Notes: a model not told the origin generated them from the sequence alone. A DNA stretch of 64,000 bases from Christensenellales bacterium (GCA_045114775.1 JBGULC010000022.1:9313-73312), one strand, 5' to 3'. Positions 25,343 to 34,855 are shown, counted from the first letter of the stretch. Translations and numbers: made by a program.

Positions 25343-25355
25343 CACAGGAGGGCGT

Positions 25356-26219
25356 ATGAAGATCTTAGAGATACAGAATCTGCGCAAGGCGTACCCGAGC
25401 TTCCTTTTGGACGACGTCAGCTTCGACGTGGAAGAGGGAAGCATCATGGGCTTTATCGGCCGCAACGGCGCGGGCAAAACCACGACGATCAAGAGCGTGC
25501 TGCGGCTCGTCCACGCGGACGGCGGCAGGGTGCTCTTCGAAGGGAAGGACCTTTGGGAAAACGAAACCGCATGCAAGAAGCAGATCGGGCTGGTGCTCGG
25601 CGAATTCAACTTTTACAAGCGCAAGAAGCTCCGTTCGATCGCCGCGGTCACGAAGCAGTTCTATGAAGATTGGGATGAGGAAACGTACCGGACGCTGATG
25701 CAGCGCTTCTCCCTCGACCCGGAAAAGAAGATCTGCGAGCTCAGTCAGGGTATGCGCGTAAAGTTTGCGCTGGCGCTCGCGCTTTCGCACCGGGCGAAGC
25801 TTCTGATCCTCGACGAGCCGACGAGCGGACTGGACCCCGTCTCCCGCGACGAGCTTTTAGACATTTTCCGCAGCATCATCGAGGACGGCGAGCACAGCAT
25901 CCTGTTCTCGACGCACATCATCTCGGACCTCGAAAAATGCGCGGACTACATCACCTACATCAAGGGCGGTAAAATCGTCGTTTCGACCGATGCGGACAGC
26001 TTCAAGGATGCGTACCGGCTCGTTTCCGGCGAAGCGGATCAGCTCGAGCGCTTCCGCAGTACTCTCATCGGCTATCGCGCGCACGCGTTCGGCTTCACGG
26101 GACTGATGCACGCGGAGGACGCGGAGCGCGCCGAAGGGCTCAAGGTCGCGCCTGCGGATATGGAATCCATTATGATCTACACGGAAAAGGAGGACGGCCA
26201 TGAAAGCGCTGCTCAGTAA
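25356..26219 (+). CDS. ABC transporter ATP-binding protein
   Basis: Walker A GRNGAGKTT, signature LSQGMRVK, Walker B LLILDEPTSGLD. Confidence 0.9.
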   Translation: MKILEIQNLRKAYPSFLLDDVSFDVEEGSIMGFIGRNGAGKTTTIKSVLRLVHADGGRVLFEGKDLWENETACKKQIGLVLGEFNFYKRKKLRSIAAVTKQFYEDWDEETYRTLMQRFSLDPEKKICELSQGMRVKFALALALSHRAKLLILDEPTSGLDPVSRDELLDIFRSIIEDGEHSILFSTHIISDLEKCADYITYIKGGKIVVSTDADSFKDAYRLVSGEADQLERFRSTLIGYRAHAFGFTGLMHAEDAERAEGLKVAPADMESIMIYTEKEDGHESAAQ

Positions 26220-26895
26220 AGAATTCAAGCTCTGTCTGCATCCCGCGTTGTTCATCTACCTCGCGTTGATTTTGATGCTGCTCATTCCGAACTATCCGTA
26301 CCTTGTTTCGTGCTTCTTCGTCTGCAACGGGATCTTCTTCTGCTTCCAGCAGGCGCGTGAAAACGGCGATGCGATGTACACCGCGATGCTGCCGGTCAGC
26401 AAAGCGCAGGCGGTCAAGGCGCGGTGTCTTTTCGTCGTCATCATCGAGATGATCGACGTCGTGCTCATGGCGGCTATGTGCGCGTTCGCGCTCGTCGCGA
26501 TGCCGGAAACGAACGGCGGCGGCACGGATCACAGCCTCTCCCTCATTGCCTTTGCGCTCGTGCTGTTTGCGATCTTCAACATTATCTATCTGCCGAGCTT
26601 CTACAAGACCGGCTATAAGGCGGGCACGGCGTTTCTGAAGAGCGCGATCGGAATCTGGATCTGGATCATCCTCTCCGACGGCATGATGATCGCGTCCAAC
26701 GCGGTCATGGAAAGCGGCGTGGATATCGCGTTCTTCCGCTTCATTCATGAGAATATCGACTGCATGCCGAAGACGGCCGAGGCTCTGACCGTGCAGGCGA
26801 TCCTGTTCGGCGCGGGGCTTCTCCTCTACGTCGTCTGCACGCTGCTTGCGGCGAAGATCTCCGTGAAGCGCTACGAAAAGGTCAGCGTCGCATGA
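26200..26895 (+). CDS. ABC-2 type transporter permease
   Basis: Six predicted TM segments. Overlaps the ATPase gene by 20 nt. Confidence 0.7.
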   Translation: MKALLSKEFKLCLHPALFIYLALILMLLIPNYPYLVSCFFVCNGIFFCFQQARENGDAMYTAMLPVSKAQAVKARCLFVVIIEMIDVVLMAAMCAFALVAMPETNGGGTDHSLSLIAFALVLFAIFNIIYLPSFYKTGYKAGTAFLKSAIGIWIWIILSDGMMIASNAVMESGVDIAFFRFIHENIDCMPKTAEALTVQAILFGAGLLLYVVCTLLAAKISVKRYEKVSVA

Positions 26896-27257
26896 ACCTG
26901 TCCGTCAACCCGAACGACAAGACGCCGATCTACCGGCAGTTATACGATCAGATCGCGAGCGACGTGCTTTCCGGGTTCCTTGCCCCCGGCACGCCGCTTC
27001 CGCCGATCCGCACGGTGAGCCGCGAGCTCGGTGTTTCGATGATCACGGTGCGCTCCGCGTGGGAGATGCTCGAGCGTGACGGGTATCTTCTGACGCGTGC
27101 GGGCAGCGGCTGCTTTGTCGCGCCGATCAACGAACTGCACCGGCAGAACAAGGTGGATGAGCGGCTTTCCACCGCCGTCGACGCGCTTGTTGCCGACGCA
27201 AAATCGCTGGGCGTGGATCGCGATGCGCTGCTTGAAATGATCAAGGAACGATTCTGA
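26892..27257 (+). CDS. GntR-family (YtrA-like, short) transcriptional regulator
   Basis: PIYRQLYDQI...LPPIRTVSRELGVSMITVRSAWEMLERDGYL winged-HTH. 121 aa. Confidence 0.85.
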   Translation: MNLSVNPNDKTPIYRQLYDQIASDVLSGFLAPGTPLPPIRTVSRELGVSMITVRSAWEMLERDGYLLTRAGSGCFVAPINELHRQNKVDERLSTAVDALVADAKSLGVDRDALLEMIKERF

Positions 27258-27360
27258 TACGCCACAGGCGCAATGATATGTTCCGCAGATACGGAACGTG
27301 ATATATCCCTTCGGGATGTGATATACGCCTGCGGCGTGTGATATGTTCCTTCGGGAACGT
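27254..27360. repeat. Tandem array of ~20-bp units, each (G)TGATAT plus a small hairpin
   Basis: Units start at about 27255, 27274, 27298, 27318 and 27338. Stems differ but stay complementary: GTTCCG/CGGAAC, ATCCC/GGGAT, ACGCC/GGCGT, GTTCC/GGAAC. Confidence 0.8.
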
Positions 27361-27366
27361 TCAGGA

Positions 27367-27760
27367 AGATTCTCCTGCCGGAGAATCCCGGATCGAATCT
27401 CCTCTTCCGTCCGCCTTGCGGCTGCCACCTTCCCTTGCACAGGGAGGGCAAGACGTTCCGCTGTTGCGGCGGGGCGCCGAGAACGTCGCCCTCTGCGACG
27501 TCCGTGCGATCATGGCTCCCCTGTGTAAGGGGAGCTGGCTGCGAAGCAGACTGAGGGGTTGTAAGGTTGGGATACGCACGATCAACAACCCTTCCGTCAG
27601 CCTTGCTTCGCTTCGGCTGCCACCCTCCCTTGCACAGGGAGGGCAAGACGTTCCGCTGTTGCGGCGGGGCGCCGAGAACGTCGCCCTCTGCACGGCTTTT
27701 CTGCGAATCCCCCTCATCCGGCTCGCTTCGCGATCCACCTTCCCCACTCCGGGGGAAGGC
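27367..27760. repeat. Field of GC-rich hairpin elements including a 76-bp direct repeat (copy 2 of the dispersed family)
   Basis: 27421-27496 and 27616-27691 are identical except for 1 nt. GGCTCCCCTGTGTAAGGGGAGC is shared with 21156-21177. Further hairpins at 27367-27389 and 27738-27759. Confidence 0.8.
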
Positions 27761-27816
27761 TTTCGGAACGCGAACACACCGCAAGAAGAAGGCTTTTTTT
27801 TCCTATTCACGCAAAA

Positions 27817-27850
27817 ACAGGACGGCAAAAACCGTCCTGTTTTGTTTTTT
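27817..27850. terminator. Bidirectional intrinsic terminator
   Basis: ACAGGACGG-CAAAAA-CCGTCCTGT followed by TTTGTTTTTT. A-run upstream for the minus-strand transcript ending at 27855. Confidence 0.7.
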
Positions 27851-27854
27851 CAAA

Positions 27855-29777
27855 TTAACTCAATTCAGATGTTCCCGTGCAAAGCTCGTAATACTTGCCC
27901 TTTTGCTTCAGCAGCGCGTCGTGGTCGCCGCGCTCGATGATCCTGCCGTTTTCGAGGACCATGATGCAGTCGGAGTTGCGGACCGTACTGAGACGATGCG
28001 CGATCACGAACACCGTGCGTCCGTGCATCAGCGCGTCCATGCCTTTCTCGATGTGCTTCTCGGTGCGAGTGTCGATCGAGCTCGTCGCCTCGTCGAGGAT
28101 CAGCACCGGCGGATCGGAGACCGCGGCCCTTGCGATCGCAAGCAGCTGCCGCTGTCCCTGCGAAAGATTCGCGCCGTCCGCGACAAGCTGGGTCTGATAG
28201 CCCTCGGGCAGATGTGTGATGAAGAAATCCGCGTTCGCGATCTTTGCCGCCTCGATGCATTCCTCGTCCGTCGCGTCCAGCCGCCCGTAACGGATGTTCT
28301 CCATGACCGTGCCGGAGAACAGGTGCGTGTCCTGCAGCACCATGCCGAGCGAGGACCGCAGCGCGTTCTTTTTGATCTCGCGGATCGGGATGCCGTCGTA
28401 GGTGATCGTGCCGTCCGCAATGTCGTAGAAGCGGTTGATCAGGTTCGTGATCGTCGTCTTGCCCGCGCCCGTTGAGCCCACGAACGCGATCTTCTGCCCC
28501 GGATGCGCGTACAGCGTAACGTCCGAAAGCACCTGCTTCTTGCCGTCATAGCTGAAGTCGACGTCGGTGAAGCGCACCTCGCCGCGCAGCGGCACAAGCT
28601 CCTCCCCGCGTTTCCACGCCCAATGCCCGGTGCGGCGGTCGGTCTCTTTGAGCGTCCCGTCCTTCTCCTCGACGCGCACCAGCGTGACCGTACCCTCGTC
28701 GACCTCGGCGGGCATGTCTATGAGCGCAAAGATGCGCTCCGCGCCCGCAAGCGCAAGGAGGATCGAGTTGAACTGCTGCGAGATCTGCGAAATGCGGTTA
28801 GAAACCTGCCGCACGAACTGCAGGGACGCGATCAGCGCGCTGCCTTCCACCAGAAACGCCTGATGCGAGGCGAACCATGTGTTTTCGAGCAGAAACTCCT
28901 CGCCCGGGACCGGCGCCGCCAGCAGCACGCCGACGGTGCAGGTGATTGCATAAAAGATATGGGAGATGTTGTTCATCAGCGGACCGACGATGCTGGCGTA
29001 GGTGTTCGCGTCGGTCGCGACCTTGCAGAGCTCGTCGTTGTGGACCTTGAAGCCCGCCTTTGCCTTGTCCTCGTGGGTAAAGACCTTGACGACCTTCTGC
29101 CCCTCCATCATCTCCTCGATGTAGCCGTTGACCGCCGCCAGCTCATACTGCTGCTTCTTGAAGTTGCGGCGGCTCTTTTTCGTGACGCCGCGCATCACGT
29201 AGAACACGGTCACGCCCATGCAGATCATGATGAACACGACCGGAATGGACAGGGACGCCATCATCCCGAACACGAAGACCAGCGAGGAGATCGAAATCAG
29301 CATCTGCGTGATCGAATGGTGCAGCAGTTCGTTGACCGCCTCGGTATCGTTGGTATAATAGCTCATCAGCTCGCCGTGCGTGCGTCCGTCGAAGAACGAG
29401 ATCGGGAGCGACTGCATCTTCTCGAACATCTCCTTGCGCAGCGCGCACATGACGCGCGCGGAGCATGAGAGCATCAGCCGGTTCAGCAGGAAGTTGGTGA
29501 CGACGGCGATCGCGTACAGGATCGCCATGCCGATGAGCAGCGCGGTATACTTTGCCATGTCCGCGCCGATCCCGGCTTCGAGCACCTTGACGAGCTGCTT
29601 CGTCATCAGCACCGCGTAGTTGGACGCGGCGGAATACGCAAGGATCGAAATGATCGAAACGATCAGGATCCCGGTGCAGTTTTTGAAATAGCGGAACAGG
29701 CGAACGAGCGTTTTCAGCGGCTTCTCAGCGCGCTTTCCGCCCATCTTGCTGTTGAAAGAGCTTCCTCTCGGCGGCAT
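27855..29777 (-). CDS. ABC exporter, fused permease/ATPase (type I, MdlB/MsbA-like), subunit 2
   Basis: Six-TM domain plus NBD (GSTGAGKTT, LSQGQRQLLAIARA, ILILDEATSSID). Confidence 0.9.
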   Translation of the reverse strand: MPPRGSSFNSKMGGKRAEKPLKTLVRLFRYFKNCTGILIVSIISILAYSAASNYAVLMTKQLVKVLEAGIGADMAKYTALLIGMAILYAIAVVTNFLLNRLMLSCSARVMCALRKEMFEKMQSLPISFFDGRTHGELMSYYTNDTEAVNELLHHSITQMLISISSLVFVFGMMASLSIPVVFIMICMGVTVFYVMRGVTKKSRRNFKKQQYELAAVNGYIEEMMEGQKVVKVFTHEDKAKAGFKVHNDELCKVATDANTYASIVGPLMNNISHIFYAITCTVGVLLAAPVPGEEFLLENTWFASHQAFLVEGSALIASLQFVRQVSNRISQISQQFNSILLALAGAERIFALIDMPAEVDEGTVTLVRVEEKDGTLKETDRRTGHWAWKRGEELVPLRGEVRFTDVDFSYDGKKQVLSDVTLYAHPGQKIAFVGSTGAGKTTITNLINRFYDIADGTITYDGIPIREIKKNALRSSLGMVLQDTHLFSGTVMENIRYGRLDATDEECIEAAKIANADFFITHLPEGYQTQLVADGANLSQGQRQLLAIARAAVSDPPVLILDEATSSIDTRTEKHIEKGMDALMHGRTVFVIAHRLSTVRNSDCIMVLENGRIIERGDHDALLKQKGKYYELCTGTSELS

Positions 29778-31582
29778 TACGCGTTCGCCTCCTCTCTGAC
29801 CTGCGATTCATAGACCTCGCGATAGATCTCGCTGCGCAAAAGCAGCTCGGCGTGTCTGCCGACGTCGGAGATCCTTCCGTGCTCCATGACGATGATCTGA
29901 TCCGCGTCCATGACGGACGTGATCCGCTGCGCGATGATGATCTTGGTCATATCGGTGAGTTTTCTTAGACCGTCCCGGATCTTCGCCTCGGTCGCGGTAT
30001 CGACCGCGCTCGTCGAATCGTCGAGGATCAGGATCTTCGGTTTTTTCAGCAGCGCGCGGGCGATACAGAGCCTCTGCTTCTGCCCGCCGGACACGTTGCA
30101 GCCGCCCTGTCCGAGGTCGGTTTCGTACCCGTCCGGGAACGCCGAAACGAAGCCGTCGGCGCACGCGATTCTACACGCCTCGCGGATCTGTTCGTCCGTC
30201 GCGTTCGGATCGCCCCAGCGCATGTTTTCCCGGATGCTGCCCGAGAACAGCATGTTCTTCTGCAGCACCATCGAAACGCCGTCGCGCAGCGCTTTGAGGC
30301 TGTATTCGCGCACGTCGTGTCCCGACACGCGCACCGCGCCCGCAAGCACGTCGTAAAGTCTTGGGATCATCTGCACGAGCGTGGATTTGCCCTCGCCCGT
30401 ACCGCCGATGACGCCGACCGTCTGCCCCGGCAGGATGTGCAGGCTGACGTCCTTGAGGTTCAGCACCTCGGGATTGCCGGAATACGAGAAATCGACGTGA
30501 TCGAACTCGATCTCGCCGGACTCGACCGTGAGATCGCTTTCGGGTGATTCGATGTCGATCTGTTCCTCAAATACCTCGTTGATACGGTCGAGCGACGCGC
30601 GCATTCTCGAAAGCATGAGCGGGAACATCGAAACCATTTGCAGCGAAGCGATGACCTGTGTAGCGTAACCGATCAGCGCGGTCAGCTCGCCGATGGGCAG
30701 GCTCCCGTCCGGAGAAACGCTCATCCGCCCGCCGAACAGCCACAGCAGGATCGTCGCGCCCCACATCACGCCGAGCTGGATCGGGTTCGCGAACGAGAAC
30801 AGCTTCTGCGCGTAGATCTGCGTCCGCATCAGATCGTCGGCGCTGTCGCGGAACTTGCCGTTTTCATGCGAGCCGCGCACAAACGACTTGACCACGCGCA
30901 TGCCGATCAGGTCCTCCTGTACGGCGCTGTTCATGGCGTCCATTTTTGTGAACATCATCTTGAACCGCTTGCGTCCGATGAACATGAAGAGCAGCATCGG
31001 CGTCAGCACAAGCGGCAGCGCGATCACGAAAATGTACGACAGCTTCACATTGATGCGGAACGCCATGACCGCCGCAAGCACCATCATGATCGGCGCGCGG
31101 AACATCATCCGCAGGAACATCTGGTACGTGTTCTGCAGGTTGTTGACGTCCGTCGTCGCGCGGATGACGAGCGACGAGGTCTGGAACCGGTCGGTGTTCT
31201 TAAAGGAGAACTGCAGGATCTTGCCGAAGATCCGTTCGCGCAGGTTCTTCGCAAAACCCATCGACGCGACGGCCGACGTGCGCGCCGCGAGCGCGCCGCA
31301 TAAAAGCGACAGCAGCGATGCAAGCACCATCAGCCCGCCGACCCACAGCACGAACTGCAGATTGTTCCGGTACGGCAGATGGACGATCACACTCTGCAGC
31401 TGAAACTGCTCCTCGCGGTAGAGCCCGCCGTCGACGAGCGCCGCCATGAGAAGCGGGATCAGGATCTCCAGCGCGACCTCAAAAACGATCAGCACCGGCG
31501 TCATGACCGACGGCGTTACGTAGCCCTTCACGCACGGCTTGAGATACTTGATCCCGGGTCCTTTTTTCTTTGTTTTTTCCAT
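29777..31582 (-). CDS. ABC exporter, fused permease/ATPase, subunit 1
   Basis: TMD plus NBD (GGTGEGKST, VSGGQKQRLCIARA, ILILDDSTSAVD). ATG at 31582 (MEKTKKKG) after GGGGTGGA. Confidence 0.9.
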   Translation of the reverse strand: MEKTKKKGPGIKYLKPCVKGYVTPSVMTPVLIVFEVALEILIPLLMAALVDGGLYREEQFQLQSVIVHLPYRNNLQFVLWVGGLMVLASLLSLLCGALAARTSAVASMGFAKNLRERIFGKILQFSFKNTDRFQTSSLVIRATTDVNNLQNTYQMFLRMMFRAPIMMVLAAVMAFRINVKLSYIFVIALPLVLTPMLLFMFIGRKRFKMMFTKMDAMNSAVQEDLIGMRVVKSFVRGSHENGKFRDSADDLMRTQIYAQKLFSFANPIQLGVMWGATILLWLFGGRMSVSPDGSLPIGELTALIGYATQVIASLQMVSMFPLMLSRMRASLDRINEVFEEQIDIESPESDLTVESGEIEFDHVDFSYSGNPEVLNLKDVSLHILPGQTVGVIGGTGEGKSTLVQMIPRLYDVLAGAVRVSGHDVREYSLKALRDGVSMVLQKNMLFSGSIRENMRWGDPNATDEQIREACRIACADGFVSAFPDGYETDLGQGGCNVSGGQKQRLCIARALLKKPKILILDDSTSAVDTATEAKIRDGLRKLTDMTKIIIAQRITSVMDADQIIVMEHGRISDVGRHAELLLRSEIYREVYESQVREEANA

Positions 31583-31667
31583 GGAAGACGATTCCACCCC
31601 TATTGTTTCATTAAGATCATTTATACCACAAAACGGCGGCGTCCGCAAGCGCCGCACATCGGATTTT

Positions 31668-31714
31668 TCCGCGGTTTCACAATCGTTGCGAAAAACCGCG
31701 GACTCTGCTATACT
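31668..31714 (+). promoter_or_regulatory. Candidate promoter (leaderless geometry) overlapped by a 10-bp inverted repeat
   Basis: TTGCGA-17 nt-TATACT, then 6 nt, then the ATG at 31721 with no SD. Inverted repeat TCCGCGGTTT (31668-31677) / AAACCGCGGA (31693-31702) brackets the -35. Confidence 0.4.
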
Positions 31715-31720
31715 GTATGC

Positions 31721-32548
31721 ATGGAAACGAAAGAAACGCGCATCGTCGCAATCGACGTCGAGACCCCGAACGGTCGTGATCCCGCGATCTGTCAGATCGG
31801 GATCGTCGTCGCGGAATACGGCGATATCTTGAAAACCGAATCATACCTCGTCGACCCGGAGGTCCCGTTCGACCCGATGAACATCGCGATCCACGGCATC
31901 ACGCCCGCGGACGTGCAGGACGCGCCGAATTTCCCGACGCTCTGGCCCCACATCGCGGCATATTTCACCGATTCCGTCGTCGTTGCGCACAACGCGCCGT
32001 TCGACCTCGGCATGATCTGCGGCACGCTCGAACGCTACGGCATCCCCGTGCCGGAGATCACGTACTGCTGCACGGTGCAGATGGCGCGGCGGCGCTTTGC
32101 CCGCGAGACCTACGGCTCGTATCGGCTCGATACGCTCTGCGCCGCGTTCGATATCCCCCTCGAAAACCACCACGACGCGCTGTGCGATGCGCTGGCGTGC
32201 TATCGGCTCTACCGTGAGCTGCTCTGCGATTTCGGCGAGGACCCGCGCGATGTGCGCCCGTACCGGAAAAGCGTCAAGCCCGCGCCAAAGCCCGCAGGAA
32301 AATTCTCGACCGAGTCTGAGACGGATCTTGAGCTTCGCAAGCTCAGAGAGCTTCTTGACGGCGTACATCCCGAAACCTTTCTGAACCCGGGTGATTCGAT
32401 GGCGATCGCGCACTGGATGGACCGGCATGCCGACCTCTGCTCCGAGCCGCCGTTCGACGCGATCTTTCAATATCTGTACCGCATGATATCGGATAAGCCG
32501 CTTTCCTGCGCCGAAGCGCGGGAGCTGAATCGGCTGATCGGGGAATGA
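31721..32548 (+). CDS. DEDDh 3'-5' exonuclease (DnaQ/PolC-epsilon-like) with ~100-aa C-terminal extension
   Basis: Exo motifs VAIDVETPN, VVAHNAPFDLGM, HHDALCDALACYRLY. Confidence 0.8.
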   Translation: METKETRIVAIDVETPNGRDPAICQIGIVVAEYGDILKTESYLVDPEVPFDPMNIAIHGITPADVQDAPNFPTLWPHIAAYFTDSVVVAHNAPFDLGMICGTLERYGIPVPEITYCCTVQMARRRFARETYGSYRLDTLCAAFDIPLENHHDALCDALACYRLYRELLCDFGEDPRDVRPYRKSVKPAPKPAGKFSTESETDLELRKLRELLDGVHPETFLNPGDSMAIAHWMDRHADLCSEPPFDAIFQYLYRMISDKPLSCAEARELNRLIGE

Positions 32549-32623
32549 TGTGTCCCGCTGGGACATATCTCACCGCGAAGGTCTTGGCCGTACGATTTGT
32601 TTGCGATGTATTTGCAAAAAAGA

Positions 32624-32651
32624 AGATCCTCCGCAGCGGAGGATCTTTTTT
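32624..32651. terminator. Bidirectional intrinsic terminator
   Basis: AGATCCTCCG-CAG-CGGAGGATCT followed by TTTTTT, preceded by AAAAAA. Confidence 0.7.
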
Positions 32652-33065
32652 TCAATCAAAGCTGCCCAGGATAAAGGCGAGGGCGTGGGTCCTGAAGACG
32701 ACGAAGAAAGCGTCGTCGGTGCAGTAGTAGGCGCCGATGCGGCCGCTTGCGCTGCTGAGCTGATCGGTCATCGCGTAATGATCCTCCGCGCGAAGCACCT
32801 CAAGCGGCTCGCCGAGAAGGTCTCGGATCGCCTGCGCAAGCGCCGGCGCGGTGCACCCGTACCACTCCGCAAGCGATTCCTCAAAGGTCTCCTCCGCGGG
32901 GACCGTATTGAATTGTCTGACGTGATAATGGCGGCGGAAATCCTTCATCCAGGTTGCCGCGGTATAGGCGGAAACGCCCGCGTCGGAATATCCGATCCGG
33001 TCCGATCCTTCATGCGCCCGGTCCATCAGCTTATTCAGTTCTGTCGAAAGCGGCGTGTCGAGCAT
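32652..33065 (-). CDS. Hypothetical protein (137 aa)
   Basis: ATG at 33065 after GGGAGGTG. No domain recognised. Confidence 0.5.
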   Translation of the reverse strand: MLDTPLSTELNKLMDRAHEGSDRIGYSDAGVSAYTAATWMKDFRRHYHVRQFNTVPAEETFEESLAEWYGCTAPALAQAIRDLLGEPLEVLRAEDHYAMTDQLSSASGRIGAYYCTDDAFFVVFRTHALAFILGSFD

Positions 33066-33117
33066 GCAGTTCACCTCCCGTTTGCATCAGTATAACACAA
33101 ATAACACAAAAATGCAT

Positions 33118-33146
33118 TTGCAATTTATGCACATATCCGCTATAAT
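33118..33146 (+). promoter_or_regulatory. Consensus-like sigma-A promoter
   Basis: TTGCAA-17 nt-TATAAT, 35 nt upstream of the GTG at 33181. Confidence 0.55.
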
Positions 33147-33180
33147 ATATAAGGAATCGTTTGCGAAGGAGGCGACGGAC

Positions 33181-33480
33181 GTGGAAAAGAAGGAACACGG
33201 CGGGTTTTTCCTGTGTCTTTTGTGGCACGCGCTGCTGCATTCGTGGGGCACGATCCCCGCGTGGGCGCTGCTTGCGCTGCATTTCACGGTCGGGCTTCCG
33301 ATCGTGTGGTTCTGGGTCGCGCTCGGCGCATGGGCTTTGGCGATCCTGCTCCGGACGCTGCTGGTGATCTTCGCGCGCTACGGCGCAGCGCACCGCATTC
33401 CGGTCCCCGAAAACAAGAATCCGTATTCCAAAAAGGTACGCGATCCGTATCGGGAAATGCGCGAAGCACAGGGCGAATAA
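33181..33480 (+). CDS. Small membrane protein (99 aa, 2-3 TM)
   Basis: GTG start 8 nt after AAGGAGG. FFLCLLWHALLHSWGTIPAWALLALHFTVGLPIVWFWVALGAWALAILLRTLLVIF. Confidence 0.6.
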   Translation: MEKKEHGGFFLCLLWHALLHSWGTIPAWALLALHFTVGLPIVWFWVALGAWALAILLRTLLVIFARYGAAHRIPVPENKNPYSKKVRDPYREMREAQGE

Positions 33481-33530
33481 GGATCAATTCCCTTTTTCGA
33501 TAGAACCGACAAACTGAAAGGAGAAACACT

Positions 33531-34832
33531 ATGGGACTTATTAAAGCCGGTATCGGCGCGCTGGGCGGCGTTCTCGCCGATCAGTGGAAGGAGTTCTTCT
33601 ATTGCGAAGCGCTCAGCAAGGACATCCTGATGACCAAGGGGCAGAAGAGGATCGGCAGCCGCTCCTCGAACACGAAGGGCAGCGACAACATCATTTCGAA
33701 CGGCTCCGTCATCGCAGTTGCCGACGGTCAGTGCATGATCATCGTTGAGCAGGGCAAGGTCGTGGAGGTTTCCGCCGAGCCCGGCGAATTCATCTACGAC
33801 ACCTCGACCGAGCCGAGCATCTTCGCCGGCAGTCTCGGTCAGAGCATCATCAACTCGTTCAAGACGCTCGGCCGCCGTTTCACCTTCGGCGGCGACACCG
33901 GCAAGGATCAGCGGGTGTATTACTTCAACACCAAGGAGATCATGGACAACAAGTTCGGCACGTCGAACCCGATCATGTTCCGCGTCGTCGACAGAAACAT
34001 CAACCTCGACATCGACGTGAGCCTGCGCTGCAACGGCGTCTACTCCTACAAGATGGTCGACCCGATCCTGTTCTACACGGAAGTCTGCGGCAACGTCCGC
34101 GACAGCTTCCCGCGCAGCGAGATCGACACGCAGCTGAAGACCGAGTTCATCAACGCGCTGCAGCCCGCCATGGCGAAGATTTCGGACCTCGAAGTCCGTC
34201 CGAACCAGGTCCCGGCGCATACCACCGAGCTCTGCGACGCGATGAACGTCGAGCTTTCTAAGCTCTGGGGCGAGAAGAGAGGCCTTGAGGTCGTCTCCAT
34301 CGCAATGAACCCGATCACGCTCACCGAAGAGGACGCCGAGATGATCAAGGCCGCGCAGCGCGCCGCGATCAACCGCGACCCGACGATGGCGGCGGCGACC
34401 ATGACGCAGGCAAGCGCGGAAGCGATGAAGACTGCGGCAGGCAACAGCAACGGCGCGATGACCGGCTTCATGGGAATGGGCATGGTCAACGGCGTCGGCA
34501 GCGCCATGGGCAGCAATACCGCTGCGCTGTTCCAGATGGGCCAGCAGCAGAAGGAAGCCCAGGCACAGGCTGCCAACACCTGGAAGTGCCCGACCTGCGG
34601 CACGGCAGTTTCCGGCAACTTCTGCCCCGAGTGCGGCGCAAAGAAGCCCGCGCCCCAAGGCACCTGGACCTGCGTCTGCGGCGCGGTGAACACCGGCAAG
34701 TTCTGCACGCAGTGCGGCGCCAAGAAGCCCGAAGCGAAGGAAGTCGCCTGCCCGAAGTGCGGCTATAAGCCCGAGGATCCCAACAATCCGCCGAAGTTCT
34801 GCCCCGAGTGCGGCAGCCGTTTCGCGGAGTAA
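33531..34832 (+). CDS. SPFH/Band-7 (YdjI-like, virion-core-protein-like) protein with three C-terminal zinc ribbons
   Basis: N-terminus MGLIKAGIGALGGVLADQWKEFF..., typical of YdjI/COG4260 as I recall it. C-terminus has three CxxC-x8-12-CxxC units (CPTCG..CPECG, CVCG..CTQCG, CPKCG..CPECG). Confidence 0.75.
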   Translation: MGLIKAGIGALGGVLADQWKEFFYCEALSKDILMTKGQKRIGSRSSNTKGSDNIISNGSVIAVADGQCMIIVEQGKVVEVSAEPGEFIYDTSTEPSIFAGSLGQSIINSFKTLGRRFTFGGDTGKDQRVYYFNTKEIMDNKFGTSNPIMFRVVDRNINLDIDVSLRCNGVYSYKMVDPILFYTEVCGNVRDSFPRSEIDTQLKTEFINALQPAMAKISDLEVRPNQVPAHTTELCDAMNVELSKLWGEKRGLEVVSIAMNPITLTEEDAEMIKAAQRAAINRDPTMAAATMTQASAEAMKTAAGNSNGAMTGFMGMGMVNGVGSAMGSNTAALFQMGQQQKEAQAQAANTWKCPTCGTAVSGNFCPECGAKKPAPQGTWTCVCGAVNTGKFCTQCGAKKPEAKEVACPKCGYKPEDPNNPPKFCPECGSRFAE

Positions 34833-34855
34833 GCAACATCCGTAAAGACCTCGAC

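Noticed and set aside
27254-27360. CRISPR array
   Set aside because: The period is only about 20 bp and units abut without unique spacers. No cas genes or leader are present.
26948-27940. Long ORFs (278 aa minus, 200 aa and 302 aa plus) crossing 27.3-27.9 kb
   Set aside because: They are read-through of the hairpin repeat fields, with recurrent peptides such as PPSLAQGGQDVPLLRRGAENVAL appearing twice because the DNA is duplicated. No SDs. They overlap the GntR gene or the ABC exporter antisense.
33378-34658. 426-aa minus-strand ORF
   Set aside because: Antisense to the SPFH gene. Ala/Arg/Gly-rich artefact.
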